A stretch of DNA of 64,000 nt, taken from the NCBI GenBank assembly GCA_965178125.1, contig CBCXTV010000001.1, positions 248,001 through 312,000 of the forward strand, written 5' to 3'. A model generated the notes under the pieces. The model saw only the letters and a program-made list of their open reading frames with translations. It was not told where the DNA came from and ran no database searches. How positions within the stretch are numbered: the stretch's first letter is position 1; the number at the start of each line of letters is the position of its first letter. This DNA comes from Bilabrum cf. latius. Lineage: Eukaryota. Of this stretch, positions 53,200-64,000 are shown piece by piece. The position numbers and the translations under genes were made by a program.

Positions 53200-54104
53200 G
53201 GATTTCGCCAAAAATGGCCGATCCGCACAAGGAATTTAAGTTGCGGCGACACAGCTCGGACCCCGGCTTTTTTTTGGCTGTTTCGGGGCCCCAAGAGGGC
53301 TCCCGGCCCCAAAAAGGGCAAAACGCGAGGTTGTGGTGGAAAAAATGGGCCCCAAGGAGCCCCCAAACGACGCAAAACGCCACGTTGTGGTGGATTTTAG
53401 AGCCCCTAAATCGCCCAAAAAAGACGCAAAACGCCACGTGGTGGTGGATTTTAGAGCCCCTAAATCGCCAAAAAAGACGCAAAACGCCACGTTGTAGTGG
53501 ATTTTAGAGCCCCTAAATCGCCCAAAAAAGACGCAAAACGCCACGTTGTGGTGTTTTTTTTGAGCGTTTTCGGGGGGCTCGGAAGGGGACCCCCCCAGGA
53601 TTTGGCCAAAAATGGCCGATCCACACAAGGACTTTAAGTTGCGGCGACACAGTTCGGGCCCCGGTTTGTTTTTGCGGTTTGGGGGCCCCGAGAGGGCTCC
53701 CGGCCCCAAAAAGGGCAAAACGCGAGGTTGTGGTGGAAAAAATGGGCCCCAGGCAGCCCCCAAACGACGCAAAACGCCACGTTGTGGTGGATTTTAGAGC
53801 CCCTAAATCGCCCAAAAAAGACGCAAAACGCCACGTTGTGGTGGATTTTAGAGCCCCTAAATCGCCCCAAAGAGACGCAAAACGCCACGTTGTAGTGGAT
53901 TTTAGAGCCCCTAAACCGCCCTAAAAAGACGCAAAACGCCACGTTGTGGTGTTTTTTTTTTGAGCGTTTTGGGGGGGCCCGGAAGGGGACCCCCCCAGAT
54001 TTGGCCCAAAATGGCCGATCCACACAAGGAATTTAAGTTGCGGCGACACAGTTCGGGCCCCGGGGTTTGTTTTGCTGTTTGGGGGCCCCAAGAGGGCTCC
54101 CGGG
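53200..54104. repeat. Nested 54-bp/395-bp tandem repeat, copy 3
   Basis: Same array with small homopolymer-length and SNP differences. Confidence 0.95.
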
Positions 54105-54403
54105 AGGCCCTAGAGTGGCCCTTCTCCGCTTCAATTCCTGTCCCAAATCCGATTCCCATTTCGAGACCGAAAAAGGTGACCCGGAAAACGACGGTATTTC
54201 TGAACCGTTTTCCGGACGCTTTCCGGGCCTCCCATGTGACCGCTTTTTGCGTACCGAAACACGTTCCGCGCGTGAGGAGCAGATGCGGATCTCCGCGGGG
54301 TCCTAGTTGTGTCCTTTTTCGGGGGACGAAATCGGGCGCACTTGTCGTGCCGATTCGTGGTCGTCTCTGAGACCGGCTGCGAGTCGGGAAAGGTGCCCGG
54401 GAG

Positions 54404-55696
54404 ATGCTCGTGTCCTTGGCTTCGTATTTCTCCGCGTATTCTTCAAACGCGGGCGCACGTCTCCTACCGATTCGTGGTCGGTTTCCGAGGCCGATCGCGA
54501 GTCGGGAAATGCGCCCGCGATGCGCTCTCGATCTCGGAAAGGGCGGGAGTCCGTTCTTGCATTCGGAATGGGCGGGGAGTTGCTTTTCCTGGGAGCATGT
54601 GCGAGATTCCTTCTCCGCGGGTCCTCTTTCGGCTTCGGCAGTCAGCAGCGCACTCTGCGGGAACGGCATTCTCCGAGTCTCTTTGCCGATGATGTCTGAG
54701 GAGAAACCGTCCGAGAGCATTGCTGTTTCCTTGGGAGACGGCCGCAATCTTCGTGGGCGTCGAGGCGCCGGTGATATGGGAAACGAGGGCGGCATGTTGG
54801 CGCGCGAGGTCGACGCCCCGGCGGAGCACGCCGGCGCGGCGGCAAGCGTCGATGATTCGGGCGGCCCCCACATCGAGAGCGGCGGCGCGGAGGCGGCGTC
54901 CACGGGGATGCTCGGAGAGGAGAGCGGCAAGGCAGCGCCGAAGGAGGACGCCGAAGACGACGGCGGCAAGAAGACGGAGGAGGAGGATGCTCGCGGCGGT
55001 GGACGTGCTGTGGTGCCCGGAGGTAATGACGACGTATGGACCGACGCAGCAGCTTGGAAGGCGGGTGGCGGCGTGGCAGCCGGGGCGGTCTCTGGCGCTG
55101 ATAGCTGGGTTCTATGGGGGACCCCTGCGAAGTCGTCATGGGGGGAGACGTACGTGCCGCGGCAGGTCGCGCCGGAGCCGGCGGAGGAGGCGACATGGAC
55201 TTGCAACGCGTGCCAGTGCTGCAAGCCCCGGTCGGCGTACTTCAAGAAGTGGAAGGACTGGATCCAACCAGTTTGCCGGGTGTGTTGCGACAAGTTCGAC
55301 AACGCGACGCCGTGGTGGGTGTGGTGCAAGAACTGCAAAAACGAGTATCCGGCGTACCGATTTCCCCAGATCCGCCGGAAGAAGGAGAACCTGCGCTATT
55401 TCTTCCCTGAGGACTGGTGCGCGAAGTGCCTGGTTGCGCGTGGCTGGAGTCTCCATGATGTCCGTTCCTCTGCGGGTGAAGCGAAGCGTTGGGTGCCAAA
55501 AGCTGGCGCGAATACCGGTGACGGCGACAACGACGCTCGTGCTCCCGCACGCGACGAGCTTCCTGCAGGAGGCGCCGCCTCCTGCAGCAACGCCGTGCGT
55601 CAGAGTTCTTCGCGTGACGAGGCCTTGGATGACATCAAGCGGGCCATGGAGCTTCTCCAGAATGCGGAAAGGTTCCTCCTCACGATGCCAGCGTGA
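54404..55696 (+). CDS. Zinc-finger-like protein, copy 3
   Basis: Intact 430-aa ORF. Confidence 0.65.
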   Translation: MLVSLASYFSAYSSNAGARLLPIRGRFPRPIASREMRPRCALDLGKGGSPFLHSEWAGSCFSWEHVRDSFSAGPLSASAVSSALCGNGILRVSLPMMSEEKPSESIAVSLGDGRNLRGRRGAGDMGNEGGMLAREVDAPAEHAGAAASVDDSGGPHIESGGAEAASTGMLGEESGKAAPKEDAEDDGGKKTEEEDARGGGRAVVPGGNDDVWTDAAAWKAGGGVAAGAVSGADSWVLWGTPAKSSWGETYVPRQVAPEPAEEATWTCNACQCCKPRSAYFKKWKDWIQPVCRVCCDKFDNATPWWVWCKNCKNEYPAYRFPQIRRKKENLRYFFPEDWCAKCLVARGWSLHDVRSSAGEAKRWVPKAGANTGDGDNDARAPARDELPAGGAASCSNAVRQSSSRDEALDDIKRAMELLQNAERFLLTMPA

Positions 55697-56798
55697 CGCG
55701 GGAGCTTCCCGAATGGGTCCGTCGTACTGTGAGGGCGCTCCGGAAGGAAGAGCGCGAGTGAGTCATCCTTGCGCCGAGGTGAGCGCGACGTCGGAGGAGC
55801 ACGGTCGTTTGATTGGGAACGATATGGTCGGCAGAGTGTGAAAATCCGAGTTTCTCGTGCAGGATTGGGCAGCTCTCTAGATATCTTGCCTGGGAAGGGT
55901 GTGATGCGGTGGGAGCGCTTCCGCCTCACGTGGCAGACGTCCACACTTCCTGGTTCCCCGGCAGGCTGTTTGGCGAGACGGAGTGGCAAAGCATCCGCCT
56001 GCTGATTCCTACTTTGTTACCTCGATTGTGAGCTCGGAGCTTGGGGCGGAGGATTCTGCGGGCAGCTCATGTGTGCCTAGAGTGTCATCCCGCGACCCTC
56101 TGACTTCTGTTCGTGGCTTTACCTCTTCGCGCAGGAAGATTCCTCATGAGGCAAGCCCGGTCCGAACTCGCGTGGGATGCCGTGCGCTGGTGCGGCTTCC
56201 ACTCATCCCCGGGGTGGGGAGCGCTGGGTAAAGGATCGTCTGTCCCTGCAAGTTTCGATTCGGCGAGGTGCGGCAGCATGACGCGGACCGAGGTGAAGTC
56301 CTTTGTCCGCGATAGGTCGCCGCGTCGCGCGGTGGCGACCCCACAGCGCCCAAATCCCATTCCGGAGAGGGGGTGTGATGCAGTGGGAGCCCTTCCGCCT
56401 CACGTGACAGACGTTCACACTTCCTGGTTCCCATAAGGTCTTCAGCACAGCGCATGCGAGGCAGGCTGTTCGGCGAGACGTAGTGGCATCGCCCCCGCCT
56501 GCTCATTCCTACTTTGTTACCTCGATTGTCAGCTTGGGGCTCGGGGGCGGCGGATTCAGCGGGCAGCTCATGTATGCTGGAGTGTCATCCCGCGACCTCT
56601 GACTTCTGTCCGTGGCTTTACCTCTTCGCGCAGGAAGATTCCTCATGAGGCAAGCCCGGTGCGAACTCCTGTGGGATGCCGTGCGCTGGTTCGGATTCCA
56701 CTCATGCCCGATGTGGGGAGCGCTAGGGTAAAGGATCGTCTGTCCCTGCAAGTTTCGATTCGGCTCGAGTCAATGTGAGGAAGGAGAGGTGCGGCAGC

Positions 56799-57323
56799 AT
56801 GACGCGGAACGAGGTGACGTCCTTTGTCCGCGATAGGTCGCCGCGTCGCGCGGTGGCGACCCCGCAGCGCCCAAACCCCGCCCCGCCAGCGAGTCCTCAC
56901 TCGACAGCGGTGTCGAACCTGCAGCAGCGCTTCGAGAACATGCAGCAGCGTGCGGAAAGCTTGAGCGCTCAGCTGGAGTACGCCCAAAGTGTGATCAGGC
57001 TGCTCTCAGGCCTGTTGCGCGATGAGGCTCCTCGGTTCCATGCAGACTTTGATCCCGTGATTCGGCGTGCGATGTCTGGCGCAAGCGGCTCCGTTGCGGG
57101 TAGGTCTTTCCGTCTTGTGGACGGAGGCGTCATCCACGGACCTGACACAGCAGTCGCTGCTCCTCCGCGTCGTCTCATCGTTGAGGTGCGTACGGACTGG
57201 GAGATGACCGAGACTGCCTCAACTGTGCTGGATTCCTCAGGATCAGACGACATGGGTTCCGAGGACTCGCCGCCGCCGACCGTCGTCCTCCCCAGCGGCG
57301 CGGCGGGCGCCGGCGGTGCCTAG
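56799..57323 (+). CDS. Coiled-coil hypothetical protein, copy 3
   Basis: As 15767-16288. Confidence 0.45.
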   Translation: MTRNEVTSFVRDRSPRRAVATPQRPNPAPPASPHSTAVSNLQQRFENMQQRAESLSAQLEYAQSVIRLLSGLLRDEAPRFHADFDPVIRRAMSGASGSVAGRSFRLVDGGVIHGPDTAVAAPPRRLIVEVRTDWEMTETASTVLDSSGSDDMGSEDSPPPTVVLPSGAAGAGGA

Positions 57324-57897
57324 TCCTCGGCAGCTCCTGCATCGGAGCCTCCTGTCGAGATTCGATCGCGCAACGTCGTTCCTTACATTGCTTGCCGTCG
57401 CATGTGCCGGGCGGTGGTGGGTGTGCGTGTTCGCCGAAAGTTCCCGGCCTCGTCTTCCTCAGGAGAGCTCCTCGACCCGAAATTGGCAGCTCAGCGCTGC
57501 CGTGGCCGATACAGTACCCGTGCACGGCCAGTTGGCAGCTACGCGCTGCCGTTGCCAATGTCGTCCGCACGAGAGCAGAGTGGCAGCTCAGCGCAGGCGA
57601 GAAACCGCGCTCGCAATGCTGCGAGGTGTATTCAATGCTGTGCACGTGTCTATCCCTCTCCCTGGTTTTGTCTCGCTTGCGCCAGTGTGACCGCAGCAGA
57701 GCGGGTGCTTCCCGTGCGTCTTCAGCTTTGAGCACTCCTCCAGCGACAGGAAGGCATTCGCTTGCTCTCGCTCCCCGCCTGCGTCCTATCCCTCCCGGGT
57801 ATCTTCAGAGGCCACAGGCAGTGCGAAGCTTGGCAGCGGGTCCGTCCGCGTCGTTTCGGCTGTGAGCGATCTTCTGCCCGGTTCCTCACGCGTCATA

Positions 57898-59499
57898 ATG
57901 TCCTCTGCTTCGGTGCCGGATCAGCTCGCACGGATCAGTAAGGAGCTGAAGTGTCTCAGAGACGCGAGACAACGGGCGCGCAATGGGCTGCGCCATCCGT
58001 GGTTGCGCGCCATGGAGGCACAGGTCGCTGAGGTTATTCGTCATCACCCCGGAGGTGGCGAGGCAGCTCTTCGAACCTATGTCTCTCGTCAGTTGCAGAG
58101 TCGACAGGTTTCCACGCGGACGGCTTCGCAGGAGGAGTTTCAAAGGCAGGTCGATGAGGAGGTCGCGCTCACCATGAGGCGCCCAGCTGAGGCGTGGCAG
58201 CGAAATCCTCTTCGCTCATGTCATCGAGAGTCCGTGGCACGCGCAGAGGCCTTTCTCGCCGAGGCTTCTGTCGTTGCTTGGATCGACCATGTGAACGAGC
58301 AGCGTGGGTGTGCTCCAACTGGGAACATGGTTTTCGCCATGCTTGCGAGGATGGGCGTTCGCGCGGGGAAGGACTCGGCTCGACGGCAGTGGCTCCTGCG
58401 CTTCCGTCGTCGTTGGCGGCTTCGGCATGGCCGATTGAAGAAGCAGCCCCCGGTAACACTCGATTACGTCAGACTCGCGTGTCGTGTCTTCTATCAGTGG
58501 ATTGAATTCGCAGAAGCGCGAGTGCCCCCCAACCGCCGCCTCGTCTTTGTGAACTTCGATGAGTCCAGCGTGCCCTTTGCCTTTCCGGGAATGCGCGGGT
58601 ACATCGCACCGAGGTCAGGAACGGAGCCCGCTTCGCTTGGTTCGCGCACGGAGCGCCTCGCCTCGAATAGCAATCGAGGATCGTACACCTTTCTGGGTTT
58701 TATTAGCGACTGCCCGGAAATCCAGCGACGACTCCCGCGTATACTCATCGGGAAGCACACGCGGCTGAGCAAGCGCTTGATGCGTGGGGCGCCGAACCAA
58801 ATGGTGGACGGAATGGAAGTCTGGGCCCGAGAGAGCTCGTGGGTGACGCAGTCCCTCATGTTCGACATTCTGCGTCGGCTTTTCGCTTCTTGGATGGACA
58901 TTCAGCATGAGATCTATCCAATAGTGATACTTGACTGCGCGCCCCAACACATTTCCACTGAGATTGTGAACTTCGCACACGGCCTTGGCATGGATCTCGT
59001 GTTTATTCCTGGTCGACTCACCTTCTTGCTTCAGCCGTTGGACGTTCTCGTCTTTCAGCTTCTTAAGCGCGACCTTCGGGAGACGTGGATGCAGGAGCGC
59101 TCGCGTCATGAAGCGGGTCATGTCGATGTCTCTTGCCATCTCAGGGTTGTCGCTGAGTGCACGAAGAGAGTGCTCTCGTCTGGCTCGTGGCAAGGCGCTT
59201 TCGATATGACAGGCATTACCAGCGGCAGGCGCCGCTTGCATTCGACCCTACGGCGCTTGTTTGAGTGTGACATGGAGGACATCTCCAGCGATGCTCCGTC
59301 TGTCGACCAGCTCCGCTTCATCAGCAGTCCGCAGCAGCCTCTCCCGCACGATGCGCTCATCAACAGGGCCCCAGTCGCGTCCGGACACGGGGTCGACGGA
59401 GGCGTCCACGGTGGTAACGCTCGCCGCGTGCCTCGTGGCCGCAGACTAAACGGATGGACCCCCCGCGATCGCGCTCACCCCTCGGCGGCCATGCCGTGA
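57898..59499 (+). CDS. pogo-type DD35D transposase, copy 3
   Basis: Intact; catalytic triad retained. Confidence 0.9.
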   Translation: MSSASVPDQLARISKELKCLRDARQRARNGLRHPWLRAMEAQVAEVIRHHPGGGEAALRTYVSRQLQSRQVSTRTASQEEFQRQVDEEVALTMRRPAEAWQRNPLRSCHRESVARAEAFLAEASVVAWIDHVNEQRGCAPTGNMVFAMLARMGVRAGKDSARRQWLLRFRRRWRLRHGRLKKQPPVTLDYVRLACRVFYQWIEFAEARVPPNRRLVFVNFDESSVPFAFPGMRGYIAPRSGTEPASLGSRTERLASNSNRGSYTFLGFISDCPEIQRRLPRILIGKHTRLSKRLMRGAPNQMVDGMEVWARESSWVTQSLMFDILRRLFASWMDIQHEIYPIVILDCAPQHISTEIVNFAHGLGMDLVFIPGRLTFLLQPLDVLVFQLLKRDLRETWMQERSRHEAGHVDVSCHLRVVAECTKRVLSSGSWQGAFDMTGITSGRRRLHSTLRRLFECDMEDISSDAPSVDQLRFISSPQQPLPHDALINRAPVASGHGVDGGVHGGNARRVPRGRRLNGWTPRDRAHPSAAMP

Positions 59500-60518
59500 C
59501 CTCGACCACGACCATGTCAGGGGCGAACGCGACTTCGTCAACCTCGAGCACGACCATCCCAGCGGCGAAGGCGGCTTCCTCGATGGGATCCCTGACCCCG
59601 ACGAAGCTTCCCCGACCTCGGCCACGTGAACCTGCAGGCGCATTCTTGCCCGATGTGCCCGCGCAGGTGGCGGCCTGCACGGCGTGGGCGCCACCGTTTC
59701 GTCGACCAGACAGCTCAGCCACTCCGGCGACGCGCGAGGCGGCAACGTCCACGTGCATCAATCCGTGGACCGCTCTCTCCTGGTATCCGACACCACCGCA
59801 GCCGACGGACCCCCCTTCCGACAGGCCTCGCGAGGTACCGAACCGGAGCTCCCGGCAGCAGCGCAGGCGTCATGCTTGGGGCGGCACGTGGGTGTTCGAC
59901 GACGCCATTACGCTCAGCGATTGCGGGTCGAGGGTGCAGATCGACGCGCCGCAGTCGAAGCTCTTGGCGATGGTCGTGCCCCGGAAGTCGGGCCAGTGGA
60001 TTCCTCGTAGGCTGCGCTCGCGTACGATCTGGTATTTGGCTGGGGAGCAGTCGGCCGTGATCACCAACCTCAAGTGCCAGGCCTGCAGTCGGGTCAAGCA
60101 CGCGGACAGCTTCAACCCGAAGAGCTTGCGTCGGGCTCAGTACTCGTTGCTGCATTCCCTGTGGCCCGGCTACATACGACGTACCGAGCGGTCTATTTGG
60201 TGCACGCAGTGTGCGGTGGAGGACCAGTTGATGCAGGGCAACTTTCCGGACGGCTACTGTTTCCGGATCCGCGCCACACTCGAAATTTGCCATCAAGATC
60301 GCGTCGCGGCCAAGCTGTTTGCAGTGCACGACAGTAACGCTCTCTTCGAGCAGATCCCGCTGAGCTCCCGTGCGGCCATGGACGTGGCGGAGCAGTTGCG
60401 CCGATACTGGCAGGATGCCGTGTCCTCAGACGGCCAGAGCAACATCTTCCACAGCGACCACGTTTCGACAGACGACGACTCTGAGTTCGCACCGGGCGGA
60501 CCGGAGAGCGTGCCGTGA
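59454..60518 (+). CDS. Zinc-finger-like hypothetical protein, copy 3
   Basis: As 18419-19483. Confidence 0.6.
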   Translation: MDPPRSRSPLGGHAVTSTTTMSGANATSSTSSTTIPAAKAASSMGSLTPTKLPRPRPREPAGAFLPDVPAQVAACTAWAPPFRRPDSSATPATREAATSTCINPWTALSWYPTPPQPTDPPSDRPREVPNRSSRQQRRRHAWGGTWVFDDAITLSDCGSRVQIDAPQSKLLAMVVPRKSGQWIPRRLRSRTIWYLAGEQSAVITNLKCQACSRVKHADSFNPKSLRRAQYSLLHSLWPGYIRRTERSIWCTQCAVEDQLMQGNFPDGYCFRIRATLEICHQDRVAAKLFAVHDSNALFEQIPLSSRAAMDVAEQLRRYWQDAVSSDGQSNIFHSDHVSTDDDSEFAPGGPESVP

Positions 60519-63500
60519 GGGACCGCAGCGACAGTAGCGTCGCTTAGGTGAGGAGCGGGTGCCAATGCTCTTTTGAAAATGGTGTGTCGTACGTACGGCA
60601 GGAGCCGTCGGTGGGAGCGGGGCGGATCCTGCGGGAAGTCGTGGAGACTGAGGGCAGAGACTCTCGGGTCGGTCAGGGTCTCATGTAACGTGCTGTTCAC
60701 CGCAGAGGTATGTGCGGATCTTGGTGGATCTCTCGAGGACATGGGTGGCATACCGTTGTGCATCCGTTCCCCGGGGGGGGCGGTCGCAGAAGAGTGCACA
60801 CGAAAACAAGAGGAAAGGAGACCAACCCCCCAAACCCACGTAGTGCGATCCTGGGGGGTACCCTATAAGGTACTAAGAATCCTTCTCCCGAAAATCGCAC
60901 TACCTCGGGCCACAACGTCTTGGTGGATTCCTCGAGGACATGGGTGGCATACCGTTGTGCATCCGTTCCCCGTCGCTCCCTAACGTCTTCAGTGGCAGGT
61001 TCGGAAAAGACACCTCCGTAGGCACGCGACAAGTCCCGGTGAAGCGGGCTCGCACCGCGCTGGGCGGGAGATCGTGAGCGCTTAGAGGACCGGAGCTCTC
61101 GGGCGGGTGCGTGTCTCGACAAACTCCCTCTTGACCACGGGCGGGGAACGTGTAGGGCGGAAGCTAAAGACACCGTAAGTAGCGGAGGGCTAACATTCCG
61201 TCCTTCGGTGAGAGCCAAAAGTTCGAGTCTGCGAGAGACTATTATACGAAGTTCTCCCCTCCTCATACGTGCGCATAGCCTCCTCACGCGGTAGCGCGAG
61301 CGCGGGACCCGGACCTGTCCCTGATGGGCGTGAATCTGAACCCGGCGTACTCTCCTAGTCTGTCACTTCCACGACCTTGTTGTCGCGGAACCACTTGCAC
61401 GGAGAGGAACCTGTCGTTCAAGCGGGTGCAGCCGGACGCGCAGGTGTAGTGCATCGCCTTGCATATGTGCACGGCCAAGTAGATGCCGGAACCGTAGAGG
61501 TATCACACTTCCCGCGGAGCTTGGGTGGGTCTTTCGCTGCTGTCGTCTGCTCCAGAAGGTTTGCGCCAAAAACCGGAAAACTTCTAAGACAGAGGTGGGA
61601 TGCCAGGAGCTCACGGTCCTGCCGGATTGGGGAGGTCCATGCCCACGCGAGCCGGGTACGCGTCCAAATCAACGCACAGAGCGGGAGCTGACGGCGCCAA
61701 GGACGCTCACTGTCAGGCACACACAACGCGGAAACCACAGAATTCGTCATTTCGCGTTCAAAGCCTGCCAACGACGTGGTGCTTGGCGAAATGTGGTGGG
61801 TGGCGAAGATGTGGTACTTCGCCGTGCCTTTCTCTATGACGGCCAAGCGTGCACTCGCCATCGCGCTCGGACGCCACAGGAAGAGATCCCAGCACGCAGC
61901 TCCGCCGCCTCATCCAGGAGTAAGGCGAAGTCGAATCGTGAATAGCGCTTCGCACCTTCACAGAGCCGAGGATCACAGATAGGCCCCGCCTCACAGAACC
62001 CAGCGCCATAGGGCAGAGCGTGAAGTACCTGGCCGCTTGGCTTGGCCGGACCCCCGCCCGCCCTCCGCCGGCAGCTCCTCCCGTCCGTCCCTATGGAGGC
62101 AGATCCGCGTACCCATGCTGCGGCGGGATCCTGACACAATCCGCTCCTCTTAGTGTGTGGCCGTGGGGCATGAGTGGAGCAGCATCGGGCCCTCACCAGC
62201 CGTGGAACGGAAGCAGCTCTCCGTGCGGCAGCTGTGCGATGCACAGACCTCGTCCCAAAGATACGGATCCATTTTGCCGTCTTCCCGCGCATACTGCATC
62301 GCTCTGCAAAACTGCATTGCGCAGTGGATCCCCGAGCGTCGACTGCCAATAGCAGGCGGCCTCGCAAGGCCTTCATGGACGCAGGATTTGGGCTTCTTCA
62401 TCGTAAATTTGGGGTCTGCTCAGCGCGCGAAAATTCCAACGCTTCAAAATGATCCGGACGTCGCGAGAAGGGAACTCGTTGCTTGCTCACCTGTGCGGAG
62501 GGGTTGGATGCCCGATGTGCTAAAGAGAGGATACTGTCCGTCGGCGTTCTCTCTTCACCTTGTGCGGAAGGGTTGGGTGCCTGATTTCAGACAGAGAAGG
62601 TCTCGTCCGTTGGGAGCGCTTAGGAATACTTCCGGATGGGGCGTCCAGACGCGGTCCAGGACCTCCAGCTCGTCGGGGTCAATGTCGCCCGCGCCGTCCG
62701 TGCCTTTGACGCCCTCTGGATCGATGATGCCCACGATCTTTGTCATCTCGGACGACACACGTCCCAGCTGCTCTTTGGTAGTGCATTACCTCATTGACCC
62801 CGAAGCGTTGAATATTTAATGAAGACCCTTCGGAAGCTGACGAAGTTTGTCAGCTTGTCGGAGCGCAGCCTGGGTCCTTGTCAACAAACATGGAGGGTTT
62901 CGGGGCGGATTTCCAGCGTTCCGCCTTGATATCGAGTGCACCTCGAGGTCGGGATCGAAGCGGGGCGGGCGGTTCGTCATCCTCTGTGATACGCTTAGGA
63001 GGCGCCGACTTGATGCCCACCTTGTCCCCCAATCACTCCAGACGTAACTGGGGAACTCTACCCGTCGTGGGCCGGGTACGCCTCCGAATCCCACGCGAGC
63101 CGTTCCCCACGGCGCACCGATAAGCGCCGCTGCAAGCGTACCAAGAGGGGCGTACCAAGAGGTGCTTCCTTCGCTCGGCAGTGTGGCACTTCAAGCAGTA
63201 GAATGTGCCACTCCCAGCACGTAGGTGGAGTTTGCGAGCTGCCGGCCGACATGCTCGTGTGGTGACCTCCGGCGCACCGATAAGTGCCGCTGCAAGCGCA
63301 CCAATACTACTTCGCTTGGGAGCGTGGCACTTTAAGCAATGCAGTGCGCCGGTTTTCGTGCACGCCCAGTCGCGCGGACGCCGCAGGTGGCTTGGCGGTA
63401 GGATAGAATTAGTGGCGGGTCGGTTTTGCATGTCTTCCCTCTCCTCTTGATATGGTACACAAAGGCAAGAGCCTGACGATGCAGACGGAACTCCTGGATT

Positions 63501-63605
63501 TCACCGCCACATTCCTAGTCAAGACAGCCCTCGACTAAACAGACGCCGAGTTATCTTGAGCAGCATCCCACGACGCAGTGATGTGGACGGCAAGGGTGAT
63601 GCCAT

Positions 63606-64000
63606 GCTTTCCGGGCCTCCCATGTGACCGCTTTTTGCGTACCGAAACACTTTCCGAGGTCGACGCCCCGGCGGAGCACGCCGGCGCGGCGGCAAGCGTC
63701 GATGTTGCGGGCGGCCCAGCCATGAGGTACATGATCAAGTACGCGGAAAGCACGCAGAGCGTCGTCAATCCGTTCGTGAGCCGCGAGTTCCAAAAGGTCT
63801 TCGAGCACATCCGCCCGGAAAGCACGCAGAGCATCGTCAATCCGTTCGTGAGCCGCGAGTTCCAGAAGGTCTTCGAGCACATCCCCCCGGAAAGCACGCA
63901 GAGCATCGTCAATCCGTTCGTGAGCCGCGAATTCCAAAAGGTCTTCGAGCACATCCCCCGGATGATGTCGAGCATGCGGACGCCCTGCTCCGGATGATGT
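63606..64000 (+). pseudogene. Start of mosaic zone, copy 3
   Basis: Matches 49772-50166. Confidence 0.85.

Larger units (their letters stand above)
53200..64000 (+). mobile_element. Composite element unit, copy 3 (lacks the 12-kb GT/Rep module; truncated by window end)
   Basis: Starts at the equivalent of position 187, jumps from the equivalent of 1177 to 13166 at 54195-54196, then colinear with copy 2 at offset 13834. Confidence 0.85.

Noticed and set aside
1-64000. rRNA, tRNA, capsid or reverse transcriptase genes; host assignment
   Set aside because: No such motifs recognised. Protein style (RSRSP, RRRLRxK) hints at a protist such as a dinoflagellate, but this is too weak to assert.

Overview
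The window is a GC-rich, probably eukaryotic repeat locus. The eukaryotic call rests on a pogo-type transposase and NLS/RS-like motifs; the host cannot be identified from the sequence. It is a head-to-tail array of one large composite mobile-element-like unit: copy 1 = 1-27195, copy 2 = 27196-~53199, copy 3 = ~53200-64000 (lacks 12 kb internally and runs off the window). Each full unit carries intronless + strand ORFs: a GT25-like glycosyltransferase, a basic coiled-coil protein, a CRESS-DNA-virus-type Rep (HUH endonuclease + SF3 helicase, gemini/genomovirus-like, long N-terminal extension), several Cys-rich zinc-finger-like proteins and a pogo/Tigger-type DD35D transposase. No capsid was recognised. 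Main structural signals: (1) a 12-kb Rep-containing module bounded by TA dinucleotides and imperfect inverted ends, for which both an empty site (TA) and a Tc1/mariner-like footprint (TA-CT-TA) occur elsewhere in the window; (2) a duplicated stem-loop/iteron element that brackets an 11.4-kb Rep+transposase segment; (3) a 97-bp-arm hairpin at the copy 1/2 junction whose loop equals base 1 of the window; (4) a variable 3.5-5 kb mosaic zone made of scrambled, diverged fragments of the unit's own genes, with signs of sequence exchange with the intact genes. All protein calls are by-eye motif recognition, not database searches.
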